DNA from: Candidatus Limnocylindria bacterium | GTDB taxonomy: Bacteria > Chloroflexota > Limnocylindria > P2-11E | Assembly (NCBI GenBank): GCA_038211425.1 | Contig: JBBQVQ010000003.1 | Location: 26,563-90,562, forward strand | Length of the DNA stretch: 64,000 nucleotides | Direction of reading: 5' to 3' | In this document: piece by piece, positions 58,706 through 64,000 of the stretch | Numbering within the stretch: position 1 is the first letter of the stretch | Layout of the letters: every line of letters starts with the position of its first letter | Translations under genes and position numbers: made by a program | The notes under the pieces: generated by a model | Told to the model about the DNA's origin: nothing | Databases searched by the model: none | What the model saw: the letters and a program-made list of their open reading frames with translations, nothing else

Positions 58706-61343
58706 CGTTCAATCGCTCGCGTATCGACTGCCGCGCGGCCGCGAGCGCCTCACCGAGGCGCGCCGAGTCCTTGCCACCACCCGTCGCGCTCTGCGGCGGG
58801 CCCCCGCCCCGGCCCCCGACGATGGCCGCGAGGTCGTTCACGATCTCGCCGGCCTTGAGGCGTGCGACGAGGTCGCGGGTGACCCCGACCGCGAGACCGG
58901 GACGGCCATCGTGGATGCCGCCGAGGACCACGACGCCCGAGCCGAGCCCATCGCGCACCCGGTCTGAGAGGGCGCGGAGTTGCGCCTGGTCGGCATCGCC
59001 GACGTCAGCCACCACGAGACGACGGTCGCCGACGGGTTCGGCCTTCGCGATGAGCGCCGTCGCGTTCGCGTCGATGCCGCTGCGCTGGAGCGCGGCGAGC
59101 TGCTTTTCGAGCCTCTCGCGCGACTCCTGGAGCTGCGCCACGGCCTCGGGCACGCGGACCGGCGGGGTCCGCAGCGCGGCCGCCGTCCGCCCGAGCCGGT
59201 CACGGATCTCACGGACCTCGCGCAGCGCGCCCTGCCCGGTGACGGCCTCGATACGGCGGATGCCCGCGCCGATGCTCTCCTCCTTCGTGATCAGGAACAG
59301 GCCGATGTCGCCGGTGCAGTGGCAGTGCGTGCCACCGCAGAGCTCCCGGCTCGGGCCGGCCTCGACGACGCGGACCTCGTCTCCGTACTTCTCGTCGAAG
59401 AGGTGGAGCGCGCCGGACGCCAGCGCATCGCGGAGCGGCATCGTTCGCGCCTTCACGTCGGCGTTCTCGAGGATCGCCCGGTTCACCTCCTCCTCCACCC
59501 GCCGCAGCTCCTCGGCCAGCATGGCGCGCCCAAAGGTGAAGTCGAACCGCAGGTTCGGCGCGTGCACCAGCGAGCCCGCCTGGTGCACCTCGTCGCCGAG
59601 CAGCCTGCGCAGGGTCGCGTGGAGGAGGTGCGTCGCCGTGTGGTTGCGCATCGTGTCGCGGCGCAGCTGTTCCTCGACCGTGGCGAGCGCCGGCGCGCCC
59701 TGACGCAACACTCCGTCAACGATCTTTGCGCTCATCACGATCACATCCGCCGCGGCGGTCTGCGTGTCCGCGACGAGCGCGCGGCCCTCGGCGGTGATGA
59801 TGTCGCCCCGATCGCCGACCTGCCCCCCACCCTCGGGGTAGAACGGGGTGCGATCCAGCACGATCTCCACGTCCTGCCCCTCGTGCGCCTCGGCGATGCG
59901 CTCGCCGCCCACCACGAGCGCCGCGATCCGCGCGTCGGCCGCGAGGCCCAGGTAGCCGGTAAACTCGCTGCGTAGCCCCTCCTTCTCGTGGAGGTCGGCG
60001 TAGAACTGGCCGAAACGCATCGCGTCCTGGCTGAAGCGCGCCGCGGCGCGCCCGCGATTCCGCTGCGCCTCGAGCAGCGCGCCGAATCCCTGCTCGTCGA
60101 TGCTCAGCCCCGCAGCGTGCGCGATCTCCCGTGTCATCTCGAGCGGGAAGCCGAACGTGTCGTAGAGACGGAACGCCGCTTCGCCGTCGATGCGGTCGCC
60201 CTGACGCAGACGCGTCGCCGCGATCGCCGCGTTCATCTGCTCGAGTCCGCTCGACAGCGTCCGTTCGAATTTGTCCTCCTCGTTCTCGAGCGTCTCGGCG
60301 ATGCGCTCGCGAGCGGCGGTGAGCTCGTGGTAGTGCCGCTGCATCGTCTTGACGACCTCGCCGCCCAGCTGCGCGATCGCACCCGTGCGCAGACCGAGGC
60401 GGGACGCGTGCAGCGCGGCGCGGCGTATGAGGCGGCGAAGGACATAGCCGCGGTTCTCGTTCGAGGGGGCGATGCCATCGGCGATGAGGAAGGTGGCCGC
60501 GCGCGAGTGCTCCGCGACGATCCTGATGGAGCGATCGGTCGACGCGTCCCCGCCGTAGGTCTTTCCGGAGAGCGCCTCGATCTTCTTCACGATCGGCTGG
60601 AACAGGTCGGTGCGATAGGTGTCAGGGATCACCCCCTGGAGGACCTGCGCGAGCCGCTCGAGTCCGACGCCCGTGTCGATGTTCTTTTTGGCGAGTGGCA
60701 CCAGCGTGCCGTCGGGCCGCCGGTCGTACTGCTGGAAGACGAAATTCCAGATCTCGATGTAGCGGCCGCAGTGCTCGGACGGGCTGCACACGTGCGGCGG
60801 CACGCCCGGCTGAGGGCCGCGGTCGACGAACACCTCGCTGTCAGGGCCGCAGAGTCCGGTCGCGCCCGGCGCCCAGAAGTTGTCCTCGTCGCCGAGTTGA
60901 AAGATCTTCTCCGGCGGGAGGAGAGCGAGCTCCCTCGTCCAGATGTCGAACGACTCGGCATCGTCCTTGTGGACCGTCGCCACGAGCGCGCTCGGGTCGA
61001 AGCCGAATTGGTCGGTGAGCAGCTCCCAGCCCCACCCGATCGCCTCCTTCTTCCAGTAGTCGCCGATCGCGAAGTTGCCGAGCATCTCGAAGAACGTCAG
61101 GTGGTAGCTATCCTCCCCGACCTCTTCGATGTCACTCGTCCGGAGAATCTTCTGCACCGTCGCGATGCGCTTCGCGGGCGGCTGCTTCCGACCGAGGAAG
61201 TACGGCACGAGCGGCTGCATGCCCGCGGTCGTGAACAACACGCTCGGGTCGTCGCGCAGTACCAGTGGCGCGCTCGGCAGCCGCTGGTGCCCCCGCTCCT
61301 CGAAGAACTTGAAGAACCGCTCACGGATCGTCGCGCTGTCTAT
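58689..61343 (-). CDS. alaS: alanine--tRNA ligase
   Basis: The track ORF starts at GTG 61241 inside the conserved N-terminus (...SVLFTTAGMQPLVPYFLG). The frame stays open upstream to a TAG at 61428-61430 and encodes the conserved AlaS start region (DSATIRERFFKFFEERGHQRLPSAPLV), but contains no ATG/GTG/TTG. An ATA at ~61343 lies 7 nt after a GAAAGGA Shine-Dalgarno site. Confidence 0.8.
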   Translation of the reverse strand: MDSATIRERFFKFFEERGHQRLPSAPLVLRDDPSVLFTTAGMQPLVPYFLGRKQPPAKRIATVQKILRTSDIEEVGEDSYHLTFFEMLGNFAIGDYWKKEAIGWGWELLTDQFGFDPSALVATVHKDDAESFDIWTRELALLPPEKIFQLGDEDNFWAPGATGLCGPDSEVFVDRGPQPGVPPHVCSPSEHCGRYIEIWNFVFQQYDRRPDGTLVPLAKKNIDTGVGLERLAQVLQGVIPDTYRTDLFQPIVKKIEALSGKTYGGDASTDRSIRIVAEHSRAATFLIADGIAPSNENRGYVLRRLIRRAALHASRLGLRTGAIAQLGGEVVKTMQRHYHELTAARERIAETLENEEDKFERTLSSGLEQMNAAIAATRLRQGDRIDGEAAFRLYDTFGFPLEMTREIAHAAGLSIDEQGFGALLEAQRNRGRAAARFSQDAMRFGQFYADLHEKEGLRSEFTGYLGLAADARIAALVVGGERIAEAHEGQDVEIVLDRTPFYPEGGGQVGDRGDIITAEGRALVADTQTAAADVIVMSAKIVDGVLRQGAPALATVEEQLRRDTMRNHTATHLLHATLRRLLGDEVHQAGSLVHAPNLRFDFTFGRAMLAEELRRVEEEVNRAILENADVKARTMPLRDALASGALHLFDEKYGDEVRVVEAGPSRELCGGTHCHCTGDIGLFLITKEESIGAGIRRIEAVTGQGALREVREIRDRLGRTAAALRTPPVRVPEAVAQLQESRERLEKQLAALQRSGIDANATALIAKAEPVGDRRLVVADVGDADQAQLRALSDRVRDGLGSGVVVLGGIHDGRPGLAVGVTRDLVARLKAGEIVNDLAAIVGGRGGGPPQSATGGGKDSARLGEALAAARQSIRERLNGGGGT

Positions 61344-61427
61344 CTCGGCATCCTTTCGGAATGAAAAGCGCGGGGGCGGCCGTCGGCCGTCTCCCGCGCT
61401 CCCCGCTCCGGTGGATGGTACCGAACG

Positions 61428-61715
61428 CTACAGGGTGCTGGAGCTCCCCGTGCCCGCGCCGGTCCCCGTGCCCCCGCCCGGACCGCCGGAGCCGCTGTTC
61501 GTCCGGTCCCACTGGCGCTTGGCCTCGTCGACGAGCTCGCGGCCCTTGACCTGGGCGTCGTCCGCCAGCTTCTGCGCGACGCGCTGCAGCTCGTCCCCGC
61601 GGCGCCGAAGCTCGTCGCTGCGCTGCCGCAGCTCCTCGCGGGTCACATCGCCCGTTCGCGGCGCGTACAGCAGTGCGGCGACCGCGCCGATCAGTGCTCC
61701 GAAGATGAATCCCAT
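61428..61715 (-). CDS. YtxH-domain small membrane-anchored protein
   Basis: Internal ATG with a GGAGGA Shine-Dalgarno site: MGFIFGALIGAVAALLYAPRTGDVTREELRQRSDELRRRGDEL..., a Gly-rich tail. Confidence 0.65.
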   Translation of the reverse strand: MGFIFGALIGAVAALLYAPRTGDVTREELRQRSDELRRRGDELQRVAQKLADDAQVKGRELVDEAKRQWDRTNSGSGGPGGGTGTGAGTGSSSTL

Positions 61716-61777
61716 CTGTCGTCCTCCTTGTGTTTCCGCTATCCACGACGCACGGCACGTGGCGTGCCTTCGCCGCG

Positions 61778-62041
61778 TCACCGACGGGGGCGGCGCACCA
61801 TCTCGAATGCTGCGAGCGTGAGGCAGGCGACGAGCGCGGCGGCGACGCCGAGCCCGAGCTGGGCGTCGCCGAGCGTGCCGCCGCGCCATCCCGCCAGCTC
61901 GCCGACGCTCTGCGCGAACACGGCCGCAGTAGCTCCCGCCACCCAGCCTGCCAACAGAGAGCGCGGTCGCCCGAACAGCGCGCGCACCCCCGATGGCACG
62001 CCGATGGCAACGAGCGCGAGGATCACCAGCGCCGGCGGCAC
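61778..62041 (-). CDS. hypothetical small membrane protein (~87 aa)
   Basis: GTG ~62041, 7 nt after the stop of the upstream membrane protein. Two hydrophobic helices. Confidence 0.35.
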   Translation of the reverse strand: MPPALVILALVAIGVPSGVRALFGRPRSLLAGWVAGATAAVFAQSVGELAGWRGGTLGDAQLGLGVAAALVACLTLAAFEMVRRPRR

Positions 62042-62048
62042 TTGCCGC

Positions 62049-63572
62049 TCAGCCGGCCGTCGGATCGGGCCGCGTGGCAGGGGCAGCGACTTCACCGCTT
62101 GGCGCTGGGATGGTGCCCCCGCGAGCTGGGAAGGGCAGCGCGAAAAGGGTGAGACCGCCGGCGTGCCGCGCCGCCGCCGGGGCGAGCGCGCCGAGCGGCA
62201 TGCGCGCGATCCCGGCAAAGGCGAAGAGCGGCAGCAGGAAGAAGTAGGAGAAGAGGCTCCGGTACGCGAGGAAGAGCGGCAGAAGCGCCAGGACCACACC
62301 AAGCTCGGGGCTGCTGCGGCGCGTGCGCCACGCTATCGCGAGCGCGGCGACCCCTGCCGCCGCCTCGAGCACGAGGTAGATCGCCGGCGGCCATAGCGGG
62401 AGGACGCCGGTCGTGGCGAGGAACACGAGCCCGGCCCCACGCGCGAACATCGGCTCGACGACGGGGGTGAGGACGCCCGCGAACCACGCCTTCGGCGCCC
62501 CCAGGATGAACGGCAGATTGGCCGCGACGAAGACCCCGGCCGCGATCGGCATACGCCGGATCGCCTCCCGCCAGCCGCGCTGGGTGGCCACCTGGATCAA
62601 GTAGAAGGGCGCAAAGAACCAGGCGATCTGCTTGGTCGCGATGGCGAGGCCGTACGCGATCGCGCTCCACCTGTGCTCGCGCCACAGCCACGCGGCCACC
62701 AGCGGCAGCGCATAGAGCAGGTCGGCGCTGCCGCCGACCGTGAACGCGGTAAGGCATGCGGCGCCCAAGAGGGCCGTGAAGAGGAACGGCCGGGTGCCGT
62801 GCGGCGCCCGCACGAGGATCAGCGCCATCGCCGCGAGCAGACACCCGATGTAGACGAAATTCGTGTCCCATCCGGCGCGCACGAACGGGATGAGCGCGAG
62901 GAACGACAGCGCCGGATACGACGGCCGCCAAACGAATTCGACGTTCTGGCCACCGCGATGGCGGATGTCCCACACCCCGTCGAGAGCGTTGTCGCTCGGA
63001 TACACATCGACGCTGCGGAAAAGGCCGCGCCGCAGCGGCGTCGTGCGGTCGGCGCCTATCCCGAGCCGGTCGTAGCACGCGAAGAGATCGAGGTCCGTGT
63101 ACGGATCCTGCCCGCTCAGGACCAGGCGCGCGGCGCACTCGTTCAGCGCGATCGCGTCGTTGTGGTATGGGGTCCAGTCCGCAGCGCGCTCGTAGGGAAC
63201 GCCCGCTAGCCAGCCGAAGCCGACCAGCGCCATGATCGACACGAACAGCCACGCCAGGCGGAGCGGACCGCGGTACGCCGGGACGGGCATGGATAGGGCA
63301 TCGCCGCGGCCGTCGCCGATCAGCGCCATGCAGAGAACGACGAGCGATGCGGCGAGTGCCGTCACCACCACGACGGCCCCGTCCTGCGCCGGGTCGCGGA
63401 TGACCAGCGCGTTCAACACTCCCGTGAAGTACAGCGTCGCGCCGGCGATCGCTACCGCGGCGAGCCTCTGGAGCGCGCGCATCAGAGCGCCGGAGGCGGC
63501 GCCATGCCGGTGCACGATCGCGACGCGCGACCGCTGCTGGGAGCACACCGCGCTGCTTCCCGCCACCCCCAA
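62049..63572 (-). CDS. polytopic integral membrane protein (possible GT-C-type glycosyltransferase, DUF2029-like)
   Basis: 507 aa with at least 10 predicted TM segments and periplasmic loops. Confidence 0.5.
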   Translation of the reverse strand: MGVAGSSAVCSQQRSRVAIVHRHGAASGALMRALQRLAAVAIAGATLYFTGVLNALVIRDPAQDGAVVVVTALAASLVVLCMALIGDGRGDALSMPVPAYRGPLRLAWLFVSIMALVGFGWLAGVPYERAADWTPYHNDAIALNECAARLVLSGQDPYTDLDLFACYDRLGIGADRTTPLRRGLFRSVDVYPSDNALDGVWDIRHRGGQNVEFVWRPSYPALSFLALIPFVRAGWDTNFVYIGCLLAAMALILVRAPHGTRPFLFTALLGAACLTAFTVGGSADLLYALPLVAAWLWREHRWSAIAYGLAIATKQIAWFFAPFYLIQVATQRGWREAIRRMPIAAGVFVAANLPFILGAPKAWFAGVLTPVVEPMFARGAGLVFLATTGVLPLWPPAIYLVLEAAAGVAALAIAWRTRRSSPELGVVLALLPLFLAYRSLFSYFFLLPLFAFAGIARMPLGALAPAAARHAGGLTLFALPFPARGGTIPAPSGEVAAPATRPDPTAG

Positions 63573-63624
63573 CGCGCGGTGTCCAGCATCGAGGGCACCG
63601 CCGGGTCGCCGGCCTCTGCCACGA

Positions 63625-64000
63625 CTACAGGTCCAGGCTGCGCTCGACGACGCCTCCGCCGATAACCTCGTCGCCCGAATACCAGACCATGGCCTGCCCC
63701 GGAGCGACCAGCGCAGGCGTCGCGAGGGTCACCTCCGCGCGCGCGTCCGCACGCACGCTGACCCGCGCCTCGATCGGTGTTCCCCGATAGCGCAGCACTG
63801 CCTCGGTCTGGAACTGCCCATGGGCTGGCCCATCGGCGACGAAGCGCACGTCACGGACCGCGTAGCGGCCCGTGCGGACCTCGTCCCGCGTGCCGACGAT
63901 CGCCGCCCGGCGGCCCGGGTCGAGACGCAGCACGTACAGTCGCTCGCCCGTCGCGACGCCGGTGCCGGACCGCTGTCCCACGGTGAGCGCGCCGATGCCC
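63625..64000 (-). CDS. mnmA: tRNA 2-thiouridylase MnmA (C-terminal part; gene continues beyond the window)
   Basis: Open to the window edge. C-terminal beta-barrel motif (GQAMVWYSGDEVIGGGVV). Confidence 0.7.
   Translation of the reverse strand, partial: GIGALTVGQRSGTGVATGERLYVLRLDPGRRAAIVGTRDEVRTGRYAVRDVRFVADGPAHGQFQTEAVLRYRGTPIEARVSVRADARAEVTLATPALVAPGQAMVWYSGDEVIGGGVVERSLDL

Overview
This window is high-GC (roughly 70%) bacterial chromosome. The gene order alaS-ruvX-mltG-aroE-aroC-aroK/aroB-aroQ-efp, a nickel superoxide dismutase pair (sodN-sodX) and a plsY-gpsA-der-ispH-plsC-cmk-rluB-scpB-scpA block all point to an actinobacterium. The right two-thirds (about 33-64 kb) is a dense, mostly minus-strand housekeeping region. 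The left third is more accessory in character. Most CDS coordinates follow the ORF track; start codons I re-called by hand and the tRNA ends are accurate to about 1-3 nt.

The left third contains a PhzF-like isomerase, an adenylate cyclase plus an orphan receiver, AlkA, a YihY/BrkB-family membrane protein (the family named after the BrkB virulence factor), and a HerA/FtsK-superfamily ATPase with several hypothetical neighbours. It also holds tRNA-Pro(CGG), a sugar ABC transporter, an ECF sigma factor with its anti-sigma factor, a MacB-like efflux pair, a cluster with a MoaD/CoA-transferase fusion, Lon N-terminal-domain protein, rhodanese, PCM methyltransferase and HAD hydrolase, and a small BldC/Xis-like HTH gene next to tRNA-Pro(GGG).

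The most interesting observations, in order:
1. A peroxiredoxin whose peroxidatic-cysteine codon is an in-frame TGA, followed about 11 nt later by a SECIS-like hairpin. This is a candidate selenocysteine peroxiredoxin.
2. A 21-aa poly-lysine small ORF with a strong Shine-Dalgarno site, lying between the HTH gene and a large secreted repeat protein.
3. An in-frame fusion of a MoaD/ThiS-type beta-grasp domain ending in Gly-Gly to a family III CoA transferase.
4. A roughly 7-kb block of hypothetical genes centred on a HerA-like ATPase beside tRNA-Pro.
5. alaS has no canonical in-frame start codon; an ATA at good spacing from a Shine-Dalgarno site is the best candidate.
6. An adenylate cyclase with an apparent -1 frameshift.
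7. A two-gene insertion between alaS and ruvX.
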